DNA of 32,000 nucleotides from Blochmannia endosymbiont of Camponotus nipponensis (GTDB lineage Bacteria > Pseudomonadota > Gammaproteobacteria > Enterobacterales > Enterobacteriaceae). The stretch is from the NCBI RefSeq assembly GCF_009827135.1, contig NZ_CP046534.1, positions 540,001 to 572,000 on the forward strand. Direction: 5' to 3'. The position numbers and the translations under genes are program-made. The notes beneath the pieces were generated by a model. It was given only the letters and a program-made list of their open reading frames with translations, did not search any database and had not been told where the DNA came from. Of the stretch, positions 10,834 through 19,764 are shown piece after piece; the first letter of the stretch is position 1, and each line of letters starts with the position of its first letter.

Positions 10834-11670
10834 ATGAGCACTGAATTATATCAGAAATTATTTGAAGGTTGGTTAGGGGAGTTAGAGTTAAATTTTGCCG
10901 TGCGTAAGGGACGTAGTGTACTGACAAAATGTAAACATGTTGGTCCATTTTACGTGAAAAAAAGTTTTTATTCAGATAATGATAATACTCCGCACGTATA
11001 TTTATTGCATCCTCCTGGTGGATTAGTTGGAGGAGATAAATTGATGTTAGACGTTCAATTAGAATCAGGGAGTCGTGCATTGTTAACGACACCTGGTGCT
11101 GCTAAATTTTATAGCAGTAACGGAATGTGTGCAGTACAGAAAAATACGTTTAAGTTGGAAGGTAATACTGCTTTTGAATGGGTTCCGCAGAGCAGTATTT
11201 TTTTTCCTAAAACAAAAGCAAAAGTAGATACTACTTTTATTATAGAACAAGGATCTAAAGTTATATCTTTTGAAATGTTACATTTTGGAAATGTGTCATT
11301 GGGTGCAGATGTTTATCCAGAAGAAGTAGATATTTGTTTGAATGTTTTTTTATATAATTCTGTTGGTTTACAAGAACGTTTGCGAATAAACAAATTAAAT
11401 TGTGTTATTAAATTAGGTGGATTTCAAATAAGTGCTTTACTTTTCGCTATTCCATCAGATGAAGAGATATTAAATAAAGTACGCAAACTAATTACATCGG
11501 TTAAACATTTTCAAATTGGAGGCGCTACGTTGTTGGATGAGATTCTTGTAGTACGATTATTAGGTAATGATAATCAATACTTAAAAAGTTTGTTGCATTG
11601 TATTTGGTATACTATACGTCCTGTTATAATTGGGAGAGAAGTTACTGTACCTCGCATTTGGTCGACATAA
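10834..11670 (+). CDS. ureD: Urease accessory protein UreD (UreH)
   Basis: 278 aa, a typical UreD length. Contains LHPPGGLVGGD, LLTTPGAAKFY and a C-terminal block typical of UreD. It is the first gene of a ureDABC..FG arrangement. Confidence 0.9.
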   Translation: MSTELYQKLFEGWLGELELNFAVRKGRSVLTKCKHVGPFYVKKSFYSDNDNTPHVYLLHPPGGLVGGDKLMLDVQLESGSRALLTTPGAAKFYSSNGMCAVQKNTFKLEGNTAFEWVPQSSIFFPKTKAKVDTTFIIEQGSKVISFEMLHFGNVSLGADVYPEEVDICLNVFLYNSVGLQERLRINKLNCVIKLGGFQISALLFAIPSDEEILNKVRKLITSVKHFQIGGATLLDEILVVRLLGNDNQYLKSLLHCIWYTIRPVIIGREVTVPRIWST

Positions 11671-11689
11671 ATAAGGAATATTTATTTAT

Positions 11690-11992
11690 ATGAAGTTATT
11701 ACCCCGTGAAAAAGATAAATTATTGTTATTTATAGCAGCATTATTAGCGGAAAGACGTCGTAATCGTGGATTAAAATTAAATTATCCAGAAGCAATAGCA
11801 CTGATTAGTTCTATAATTTTAGAGGGTGCTCGCGAAGGGAAAACTGTTGCTGAATTGATGGATATAGGTAAAAATGTGTTGACTAGGGATGATGTTATGA
11901 CGGGAATACCTGAAATGATCACTAATATACAAGTAGAAGCTACTTTTACTGATGGAACTAAATTGGTGACGATACATGATCCAATAATTTGA
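11690..11992 (+). CDS. ureA: Urease gamma subunit
   Basis: 100 aa. [43 protein letters not shown]...IQVEATF-DG-KLVT-H-PI is almost identical to Klebsiella UreA. AAGGA lies upstream. Confidence 0.97.
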   Translation: MKLLPREKDKLLLFIAALLAERRRNRGLKLNYPEAIALISSIILEGAREGKTVAELMDIGKNVLTRDDVMTGIPEMITNIQVEATFTDGTKLVTIHDPII

Positions 11993-12019
11993 TAATGAAT
12001 TAGTGAAGATAGAAATAAT

Positions 12020-12322
12020 ATGATTCCAGGTGAATTACGTTTTTCTTGTGGAAAAATAGAATTAAATGTTGGAAGGGAGCGGGTGTTGGTAACTGTTGTG
12101 AATTATGGAGACAGACCTATACAAATTGGTTCACATTTTCATTTTTATGAGGTTAATTCTGCTTTAAAATTTAATCGAGCTATTGTTCGTGGTTTTCGCT
12201 TAAATATTCCCTCGGGAACAGCAGTACGTTTTGAACCAGGACAGTCTAGGACTGTAGAACTTGTAAAGTATGCAGGAGCATGTAAAATTTATGGATTTTG
12301 TAAAGAAATTATGGGTGAATGA
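12020..12322 (+). CDS. ureB: Urease beta subunit
   Basis: 100 aa. MIPGE...[24 protein letters not shown]...[25 protein letters not shown] matches the UreB consensus. Confidence 0.96.
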   Translation: MIPGELRFSCGKIELNVGRERVLVTVVNYGDRPIQIGSHFHFYEVNSALKFNRAIVRGFRLNIPSGTAVRFEPGQSRTVELVKYAGACKIYGFCKEIMGE

Positions 12323-14037
12323 AATTAATTATGAATACGATATTATCTAGATATGATTATGCTTCTTTATTTGGCCCAACTGTTGGTGATTCTGTACGTT
12401 TAGCAGATACTGAATTGTGGATAAAGATAGAAAAGGATTTTACTGTTTACGGAGAAGAAGTGAAATTTGGGGGAGGTAAGGTCATACGAGATGGTATGGG
12501 TCAAGGGCAAATGAGTAGTGCAAATTGTGTTGATTTAGTATTAACTAATGCAATGATTATTGATTATTGGGGGATAGTAAAAGCAGATATTGGTATAAAT
12601 AATGGTCGTATATCAGGTATTGGAAAAGCAGGAAATCCAGATGTGCAACCAGATGTAACGATATATATTGGACCAGGTACAGAAGTAATAGCAGCAGAAG
12701 GGAAAATTGTTACAGCTGGAGGTATTGATTCTCATGTTCATTTTATTTGCCCTCAACAAGCAGAAGAAGCGCTGTGTTCTGGAGTTACTACATTTATTGG
12801 AGGGGGTACTGGTCCAACAACAGGGAGTAATGCAACAACTTGTACTCCAGGCCCTTGGTTTTTATCTCGTATGCTGCAGGTAGCGGATACTTTACCTATT
12901 AATGTTGGGCTTACCGGTAAAGGTAGCGCTTCTTTACCTGATGCTTTAGAAGAGCAAATAATTGCTGGGGCGATTGGTTTAAAGGTGCATGAAGATTGGG
13001 GAGCAACGCCTGCTGTTATTGATTGTTGTTTGGATGTGGCTGATCGGTTTGATGTGCAGGTTTCTATTCATACTGATACTTTAAATGAATCAGGATTTCT
13101 TGAGGATACTGTATCTGCGATTAAGGATAGGACGATCCATGCTTATCATACTGAGGGTGCAGGTGGTGGGCATTCTCCGGATATTATACGTATGTGTGGA
13201 TTTAATAATGTGTTGCCATCGTCTACTAACCCTACCATGCCTTACACTGTTAATACGATAGATGAACATTTAGATATGATGATGGTGTGTCATCATCTTG
13301 ATCCCAATATTCCTGAGGATATGGCATTTTCAGAATCTAGAATTCGTAGGGAGACAATTGCAGCTGAAGATGTACTACATGATCTTGGAGCTTTGTCCAT
13401 GATTTCTTCTGATTCTCAGGCTATGGGGCGAGTTGGAGAAGTTATTTTGCGTACTTGGCAGACAGCACACAAAATGAAATTACAGCGTGGTTCATTATTA
13501 GGTGATGATAAATATAATGATAATACTCGTATAAAAAGATATATAGCTAAGTATACTATTAATCCAGCAATAACTCATGGCATTTCTCATGAAGTTGGTT
13601 CTGTTGAAATTGGAAAATTAGCGGATTTAATATTGTGGTCTCCTGCTTTTTTTGGAGTTAAGCCAGAATTAATAATAAAAGGTGGTATGATTGTTGCTTC
13701 TGTTATGGGAGATCCTAATGCTTCTATACCTACTCCACAACCAGTGCATTATCGATTAATGTTTGGAGCACGTGGTAGTGCAAAACATTCTACACGTATG
13801 ACATTTGTATCTCATGTTGCGTATAATTCAGAATTGATAAATTGTTTGCAGTTGGTTAGTTTGATTGGTGAAGTTTGTAAATGTAGAAATATTCAAAAAA
13901 AGCACATGATTAATAATTCTTGGCAACCAATTATTGAAGTAGATTCACAAACTTATCAAGTACGCGCAAATGGAGAGTTATTAACTTGTGATCCTGCATC
14001 TGTATTACCAATGACGCAACGTTATTTTTTGTTTTAA
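12319..14037 (+). CDS. ureC: Urease alpha (catalytic) subunit
   Basis: The ATG at 12319 overlaps the ureB TGA (ATGA), suggesting translational coupling. Klebsiella UreC aligns better from the ATG at 12331 ([20 protein letters not shown]), which gives 568 aa. The Ni-site residues are intact: HVHFICPQQ, the carbamylated Lys in [34 protein letters not shown] and [12 protein letters not shown]. The C-terminus is [10 protein letters not shown]. Confidence 0.97.
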   Translation: MKLIMNTILSRYDYASLFGPTVGDSVRLADTELWIKIEKDFTVYGEEVKFGGGKVIRDGMGQGQMSSANCVDLVLTNAMIIDYWGIVKADIGINNGRISGIGKAGNPDVQPDVTIYIGPGTEVIAAEGKIVTAGGIDSHVHFICPQQAEEALCSGVTTFIGGGTGPTTGSNATTCTPGPWFLSRMLQVADTLPINVGLTGKGSASLPDALEEQIIAGAIGLKVHEDWGATPAVIDCCLDVADRFDVQVSIHTDTLNESGFLEDTVSAIKDRTIHAYHTEGAGGGHSPDIIRMCGFNNVLPSSTNPTMPYTVNTIDEHLDMMMVCHHLDPNIPEDMAFSESRIRRETIAAEDVLHDLGALSMISSDSQAMGRVGEVILRTWQTAHKMKLQRGSLLGDDKYNDNTRIKRYIAKYTINPAITHGISHEVGSVEIGKLADLILWSPAFFGVKPELIIKGGMIVASVMGDPNASIPTPQPVHYRLMFGARGSAKHSTRMTFVSHVAYNSELINCLQLVSLIGEVCKCRNIQKKHMINNSWQPIIEVDSQTYQVRANGELLTCDPASVLPMTQRYFLF

Positions 14038-14539
14038 TATGAAATAGTATTATTTCTTAATATATATGACATGTAAAATATTGTGCAGTAGTTAGATGCT
14101 GAAAATTGTCTTTTTGATTGTTAGACAATAATATAATTATAGGTACTGGTAAGTTTGATAATAATAATAAACTGTAATATAATGTATAATGTTGAGTGAT
14201 ATTTAGTCAATTTTTTTTTGCAGTTGTGTTGTATGATAAAAGTTATGCATGTGAGGGTATTATGGGTATTGCGTTCACAGTACATTTATTGGATAGATAT
14301 TTATAGTATAAAAAATGTGAGGACTTGGTTTGAATTTTTGTATTTTTTTGTATGTGTTTTGATAGTCTGTATATTATAAGGTCGTATTATTTATCCTAAT
14401 GAAATATATTTTTTATAAAATTGATTATATATGTAATATATCATGGAGTAGAAAATTGAGCTAAATTTATGATGTTTTTTACTTAAAAGAATTTAAATAA
14501 AAATAATTTTTTAATAGTTTATTGGTGATTTGTATTAAA
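14038..14539. other. ORF-free 0.5-kb spacer at the position ureE occupies in ureDABCEFG clusters
   Basis: All three plus-strand frames contain stops, and the longest ATG ORF I found is 44 codons. The other ure junctions are 19 nt, 27 nt, an overlap, and 75 nt. The composition is G-rich and C-poor like neighbouring coding DNA. I could not recognise UreE motifs by eye. Confidence 0.4.
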
Positions 14540-15235
14540 ATGGGCACTATGTATACTACTAACAACGTTAATACATTATTGTCTTTAATGCAATTAATTA
14601 GTTCTAATTTCCCCTTGGGAGGTTTTGCTTATTCACGAGGTTTAGAATCGGCTATTGAATATAAATGGGTGAATTCTATAGACGCTTTTATTGATTGGCA
14701 ACAACAATGGATTGATGGACCATTGGTCTATTTAGAGTGGCCTATGCTTAAACGTTGTTATTATTATACTAAAATTAAAGATGAAATGAGTTTTTCAAAA
14801 TGTGTATCACAAATATTGTCATATCGTGATACTCGAGAGTTTAGATTAGAAGAACAACAGCGTGGAAAGGCATTAACTAAAATAATACAACAATGGTATC
14901 CACTTATTGATGATAAAATTTGGTTATCAGCTTTAGAACAGAGTGGTTTAGCATCTTTATCATGGTTAGGATGTATGTGGGGTATTCCCTTAAAACATTT
15001 GGCATTAGGATATGCTTATAATATGTTAGAATCTTCTGTAATGGTGGGGTTGAAGTTGATACCTTTTGGTCAAAAAACTGCTCAGAGACTATTGAGATAT
15101 TTAATAGAGTTTTTGCCGAATGCTTGGAAAAAAGCACATATGATAACAGATCATGAATTAGGAAGTAGTTTTCCATTGCAATCTATCGCATCTTCTTGCC
15201 ATGAGACACAATATTCGCGATTATTCCGTTCTTAA
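14540..15235 (+). CDS. ureF: Urease accessory protein UreF
   Basis: The listed ORF starts at TTG 14522. The first ATGs are at 14540 and 14549. LMQLISSNFPLGGFAYSRGLE-A...SYRDTREFRLEEQQRGKAL...KLIPFGQKTAQRLL...HETQYSRLFRS matches Klebsiella UreF end to end. Confidence 0.93.
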   Translation: MGTMYTTNNVNTLLSLMQLISSNFPLGGFAYSRGLESAIEYKWVNSIDAFIDWQQQWIDGPLVYLEWPMLKRCYYYTKIKDEMSFSKCVSQILSYRDTREFRLEEQQRGKALTKIIQQWYPLIDDKIWLSALEQSGLASLSWLGCMWGIPLKHLALGYAYNMLESSVMVGLKLIPFGQKTAQRLLRYLIEFLPNAWKKAHMITDHELGSSFPLQSIASSCHETQYSRLFRS

Positions 15236-15310
15236 ATTACTTGATTTCAGTAGAAATGTATGTAGTATCATATATTATATGAAAGTTAATTTTGATTTTA
15301 GGAATATATT

Positions 15311-15931
15311 TTGTTACACTATCAACATAGTAAACCATTTCGTATAGGGGTAGGTGGTCCGGTAGGGTCAGGTAAGACTGCGTTGCTTGAAGTGTTATGT
15401 AAAAGTATGAAGGCTAATTATCAATTAGCAGTAGTGACAAATGATATTTATACTAAAGAAGATCAGCGTATTTTGACAGATGCAAATGTTTTATCGGCTG
15501 ATCGTATTGTCGGTGTAGAGACTGGAGGATGTCCGCATACTGCTATTCGTGAAGATGCTTCTATGAATTTATTAGCTGTGGAAGAATTAACATGTAAATT
15601 TAAGAATTTGGACATTATTTTTATTGAAAGTGGTGGAGATAATTTAAGTGCCACTTTTAGCCCGGAATTATCAGATTTGAATTTGTATGTTATTGATGTA
15701 GCTGCAGGTGATAAGATACCTAGGAAAGGTGGACCAGGTATTACACGTTCTGATTTTTTAATAATTAATAAAATTGATTTAGCTGAGTATGTAGGAGCAT
15801 CATTGGAAATCATGGCTCGAGATACAAATCATATGCGTAAAAAACTGCCATGGTCTTTTACTAATTTGAAAACAGGTTATGGTGTTCAATCTGTTATCGA
15901 TTTTATTATGATGAAACGATCATTTTTATAA
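15311..15931 (+). CDS. ureG: Urease accessory GTPase UreG
   Basis: 206 aa. Contains the P-loop [28 protein letters not shown], the Ni-binding [30 protein letters not shown] and INKIDL. There is no in-frame ATG or GTG between the upstream TAG (15299-15301) and the P-loop, so TTG 15311 is the only conventional start. AGGAA at 15300-15304 is correctly spaced as a Shine-Dalgarno sequence. Confidence 0.95.
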   Translation: MLHYQHSKPFRIGVGGPVGSGKTALLEVLCKSMKANYQLAVVTNDIYTKEDQRILTDANVLSADRIVGVETGGCPHTAIREDASMNLLAVEELTCKFKNLDIIFIESGGDNLSATFSPELSDLNLYVIDVAAGDKIPRKGGPGITRSDFLIINKIDLAEYVGASLEIMARDTNHMRKKLPWSFTNLKTGYGVQSVIDFIMMKRSFL

Positions 15932-16150
15932 TTTAAAATCTGATTATATTAAGAGTGTGTTGATGGTAATGTTGCCTTAATAATGGATATGTAATGACAT
16001 CTATATAAATAATTAAAATATATGTATATTTTTTATTATGGTTATTTTTTGCATATTTTCATATCTTTACTTTAAAATATTTTGCAAATGGGTGTTTCTG
16101 TTTAGAAGTAAATTGTTATAAATTAAATATAGTAAGCGTTAGAGGTATAA

Positions 16151-16351
16151 TTATATTTTATCTTTTAGTATAATAGGGTTATTATGATTGTATTTATAAT
16201 AATTCCAAGCATTTATAGAAGCGTAGATTAACCTAGCAAATAACATCATAAAACTGATTAATAATATCCATTTGATAATGTGTATTTTTTTTTTTTCATG
16301 AAAATAATTAGCAATTTGTTGAAATAGTTTTAATGAAACATTTTTAGTCAT
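16151..16351 (-). CDS. Candidate small (66 aa) single-pass membrane protein; possibly the positional counterpart of E. coli yfgG
   Basis: This is the only ATG-initiated ORF of at least 60 codons in the 1.05-kb ureG-upp spacer. It has one clear hydrophobic helix (WILLISFMMLFARLIYASINAW) preceded by a basic stretch (HEKKKIHIIK). Strand and position fit the slot of the roughly 63-aa membrane protein gene yfgG (b2504) in the collinear E. coli map. It contains an A12 run. No alignment was run, and AT-rich DNA can produce such ORFs by chance. Confidence 0.45.
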   Translation of the reverse strand: MTKNVSLKLFQQIANYFHEKKKIHIIKWILLISFMMLFARLIYASINAWNYYKYNHNNPIILKDKI

Positions 16352-16893
16352 AATATTATAAATTTTCTATAAAGTATATATTTTTATTTAATTATAAAGA
16401 ATTGTTTGTTTTATTAGAAATATATTATTGTAGTATATATTTTGTTATGAGAAATATTATTTTTGATTTAAAAGTATTAGATTTAAATTAATAAGAATTA
16501 GTTATTTTTAAGATGATTAATTGATATGGTGTAGGAATTAATTATTTAATATTTTTTAAGTTATTTATTATGTTTTATGTTGATATAGTTAATGTTATAT
16601 ATAAATATATAGGTTTTTAATAATTGCTAAAATTATATTAAATATTAATAATAGGTATTTATATTTTTTGATAGGTTAATTGATGGTTTTTATATTAATT
16701 GAATTTGGATCTACACATTGTCATTATAATTTATTGTAAATATTTATTGATTTAAATAATAGTAATAGCACAAATAAATTATATTCTATCGTTTTAGTAT
16801 TTAAACTTGATTGTATATGTATTAAAAATAAATAATTTAATGTATCTATGTGGTTTTTTATGTTATGAAAAAGATTCTACAAAAAAATCAATT

Positions 16894-16936
16894 TAATAAT
16901 ATCCTATATTTATCCAATAAATATAGGATATTATTA
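16894..16936. repeat. Perfect 19-bp inverted repeat with a 5-nt loop, upstream of upp
   Basis: TAATAATATCCTATATTTA-tccaa-TAAATATAGGATATTATTA, checked base by base. It ends 67 nt before the upp ATG at 17004. Confidence 0.85.
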
Positions 16937-17003
16937 TAAATTGTAATTATAAAGTGTAATTTCTCAAGGTTGAGTATTTGATTTTATGGAGAATGAAATT
17001 GAT

Positions 17004-17630
17004 ATGAAAATAGTTGAGATAAAACATCCATTAGTACAGCACAAATTAGGATTAATGCGCACTTGTGATATTAGCACTAAACGTTTTAGAGAATTATCTT
17101 CAGAATTAGGAAGTTTATTAGCTTATGTAGCTACCGATGATTTAGAGATGGAAATAGTAACTATTAAAGGATGGTGTGGGTTAGTTGAAATTTCACGTAT
17201 TAAAGGAAAAAAAATAACAGTGGTACCAATTTTACGAGCTGGATTGGGTATGATGAATGGTGTGTTAGAACATCTTCCTAATGCTCGTATCAGTATAATA
17301 GGGATGTATCGTAATAAAATTACTCTTGAGCCAATTCCATATTTTCATAAATTTGTTTCTAATATTCATGCACGTATAGCTATGGTATTAGATCCTATGT
17401 TAGCTACTGGTGGATCTATAATTGCTACTGTTGATTTATTAAAAAAATTTGGATGTAATAATATAAAAGTTTTATCAATAGTAGCAGCTCCAGAAGGAAT
17501 CGAAGCTTTGGAAAAAAAACATTCAGATATTGAATTATATTTGGCTTCTATAGATCAAAAAATTGATAAACACGGGTATATTATACCAGGATTTGGTGAT
17601 GCCGGTGATAAAACATTTGGAACGAAATGA
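17004..17630 (+). CDS. upp: Uracil phosphoribosyltransferase
   Basis: The ORF opens at 16986, but E. coli Upp (MKIVEVKHPLVKHKLGLMR) aligns from the ATG at 17004. That start gives 208 aa, as in E. coli. [16 protein letters not shown], the PRPP loop [11 protein letters not shown] and [16 protein letters not shown] are present. Confidence 0.97.
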   Translation: MKIVEIKHPLVQHKLGLMRTCDISTKRFRELSSELGSLLAYVATDDLEMEIVTIKGWCGLVEISRIKGKKITVVPILRAGLGMMNGVLEHLPNARISIIGMYRNKITLEPIPYFHKFVSNIHARIAMVLDPMLATGGSIIATVDLLKKFGCNNIKVLSIVAAPEGIEALEKKHSDIELYLASIDQKIDKHGYIIPGFGDAGDKTFGTK

Positions 17631-17878
17631 CATATAAAAATCTTTATGTAATTTACAAAATGTTTATTTAAAAAAATTGTTCGCAGATTTTACTAAAAAA
17701 TAATATGCATTGAAATAGTGTTACAAAATTTTATGATTTTTTCAATTTATTCGTTATATATTTTTCCATAATAGTTTGTCTAATTTAGATTATGTTATTA
17801 AAAATTAATAGCATCTTTTTTATATATTTTTTCTAATCTACAGGAGATGTAGATGTAAGTATGTGTATGCTTATGTGT

Positions 17879-18349
17879 TTATTGTGTATCATTTATATAG
17901 TTTAATATAATCTTATGATGATCAGTGGGTGTAAAACATTTAAATACTTGTTCGACAGTACCAGTTTGGTTTATTAAAAAACTGATACGATGTATGCCTT
18001 TATATGTTTTCCCCATAAATTTTTTTTCTCCCCATACTCCAAATTTCTTGGTAATTTGATTATTTTCATCAGAAAGTAAAGTGAAATTTAACGTTTCTTT
18101 TTGAGAAAATTTTAAAAGTTTTTCTGGTTCATCGTTACTAATTCCTATAATTTCTATACCCACTTTTTTGAATATATTCATATTGTTTCGTAATTTACAT
18201 GCTTGTATAGTACAACCTGGTGTCATGGCTTTAGGATAGAAATAAATAAGAACTTTTTTTCCTGTAAAAGAATTAAGAGTAATAAAAATACCATTTTGGT
18301 TAGGTAAATTAAATGGTGGTGCTATATCTCCAGGTTGTAATAACTTCAT
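17879..18349 (-). CDS. bcp: Thiol peroxidase / peroxiredoxin Bcp
   Basis: 156 aa, the same length as E. coli Bcp. Contains FYPKAMTPGCT-QAC (peroxidatic and resolving Cys), NFTLLSDE, FGVWGEK-FMGKTY-GIHRISFLI. Confidence 0.96.
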   Translation of the reverse strand: MKLLQPGDIAPPFNLPNQNGIFITLNSFTGKKVLIYFYPKAMTPGCTIQACKLRNNMNIFKKVGIEIIGISNDEPEKLLKFSQKETLNFTLLSDENNQITKKFGVWGEKKFMGKTYKGIHRISFLINQTGTVEQVFKCFTPTDHHKIILNYINDTQ

Positions 18350-18679
18350 ATTAATATTCCTTTAATTATTAATTATATTATATAAATTGACTAACTTACA
18401 ATTAATTTTAATACTATTTTTCATTTTGTATAGAATATAATTGAATTATTTAATAAAAATATTTTACATTTGTAATATAATAATGATAAAAAATTAGAGT
18501 TTAATATAAAGAAGTAAAAATTTTGTTTTAAGTGTTATTGTGCGTTTAAACATTTTTTAAAGAATCATAATTTACTTAATAATCAAAAATATAATGAAAA
18601 TGGTTTTTAATTAATTTAAAATGTTAAACAGCAGTAAAAGGTATCTGTATTCACCGCATAAATATAGAATGTGATATAG

Positions 18680-18710
18680 AGCTGTATATCCTTCTTAAGG
18701 ATATACAGCT
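18680..18710. repeat. Perfect 12-bp (up to 14-bp) inverted repeat / hairpin in the bcp-dapA divergent spacer
   Basis: AGCTGTATATCC-ttcttaa-GGATATACAGCT. Two further T:A pairs can shrink the loop to 3 nt. It lies 167 nt upstream of the dapA ATG, in a slightly GC-richer island of an otherwise almost pure A/T spacer. Confidence 0.8.
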
Positions 18711-18876
18711 GAATTAATTTGTTCATGTTTGTTATATAATTATAAAATTGTAAATTTTATATTTATAATATGTAGAGAATAGTTAATATTTTATTTAATT
18801 TTTTTATTATTTTTTAATAGTTACTTTTTATTGAATAAAAATGTTTTGTAGTTTTATTATTTGGAGATAATAGCTC

Positions 18877-19764
18877 ATGTTTACGGGAAGTATAGTAGCA
18901 TTAATTACCCCCATGGATTTAACAGGTGCTGTAGATAGAATGAGTTTAAAGAAACTTGTTGATCATCATGTGGCTAGTGGTACATCAGCTATTGTTTCTG
19001 TCGGTACAACTGGAGAAATGTCTGGGCTTACACATGAAGAACACGTTGACGTAGTGATGTGGACTTTAGAGTTTAGCGATGGTAGATTGCCTGTTATAGC
19101 AGGTACTGGTGCAAATTCGACTGTAGAAGCTGTTGCATTAACCAATAAATTTAATGGTAGTAATATAGCAGCTTGTTTAAGTGTCACTCCTTATTATAAT
19201 CGTCCTAATCAAGAAGGGTTATTTCAACATTTCAAAGCTATCTCGGAAAGTACAGAATTACCACAGATATTATATAATGTTCCGATACGCACTGGTTGTG
19301 ATATGTTGCCTGTAACTGTTTCTCGTTTAGCAAAGATAAAAAATATAGTCGGTATTAAAGAAGCAACAGGAAATTTAAGTCGAGTAAATCAATTAAAACA
19401 ATTAGTGCATGAAGATTTTATGTTATTAAGTGGAGATGATGTAAGCGCATTAGATTTTATGAAATTGGGGGGTTCGGGGGTAATTTCTGTTACAGCAAAT
19501 GTCGCGGCAAAGGAAATGGCTGAGTTGTGTAAATTAGCAAATGAAAATGATTTTTCACATGCGCAACATATTAACCGTAAATTGATACCTGTGCACCAAG
19601 CATTATTTATTGATTCTAATCCTATACCAGTGAAGTGGGCTTGTAAGGAATTAGGATTGATATCACATTATACTTTACGTTTACCTATGACCTCTTTATC
19701 TGAAGTACATCGTAATGTGTTAAAGAAAGCTTTAATTAATGCAGGATTATTTCATGTTAAATGA
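18877..19764 (+). CDS. dapA: 4-hydroxy-tetrahydrodipicolinate synthase
   Basis: 295 aa. [71 protein letters not shown] and the catalytic Lys in GIKEATGN all match E. coli DapA. Confidence 0.97.
   Translation: MFTGSIVALITPMDLTGAVDRMSLKKLVDHHVASGTSAIVSVGTTGEMSGLTHEEHVDVVMWTLEFSDGRLPVIAGTGANSTVEAVALTNKFNGSNIAACLSVTPYYNRPNQEGLFQHFKAISESTELPQILYNVPIRTGCDMLPVTVSRLAKIKNIVGIKEATGNLSRVNQLKQLVHEDFMLLSGDDVSALDFMKLGGSGVISVTANVAAKEMAELCKLANENDFSHAQHINRKLIPVHQALFIDSNPIPVKWACKELGLISHYTLRLPMTSLSEVHRNVLKKALINAGLFHVK

Noticed and set aside
14245-14379. A 44-codon ATG ORF (MHVRVLWVLRSQYIYWIDIYSIKNVRTWFEFLYFFVCVLIVCIL) inside the ureE slot.
   Set aside because: Its hydrophobicity is what G/T-rich DNA encodes by default (Val, Leu, Phe, Trp, Cys codons). 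I see no resemblance to UreE motifs such as the GNRH block. It is kept only as something a tblastn of the slot would cover.
10834-15931. The idea that the urease cluster is a recent horizontally acquired island, since it breaks E. coli collinearity.
   Set aside because: No integrase, tRNA, direct repeats or IS remnants flank it. Its codon usage and G over C skew look like those of the neighbouring guaBA genes. It is better explained as an old, fully ameliorated part of the symbiont chromosome.
17836-17854. A 7-bp stem / 5-nt loop hairpin (ATCTACA-ggaga-TGTAGAT) about 25 nt downstream of the bcp stop, in the upp/bcp convergent spacer.
   Set aside because: The stem is short. It is followed by an A-run rather than a U-run on the bcp transcript and by mixed sequence on the upp transcript. 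It is too weak to call as a terminator.
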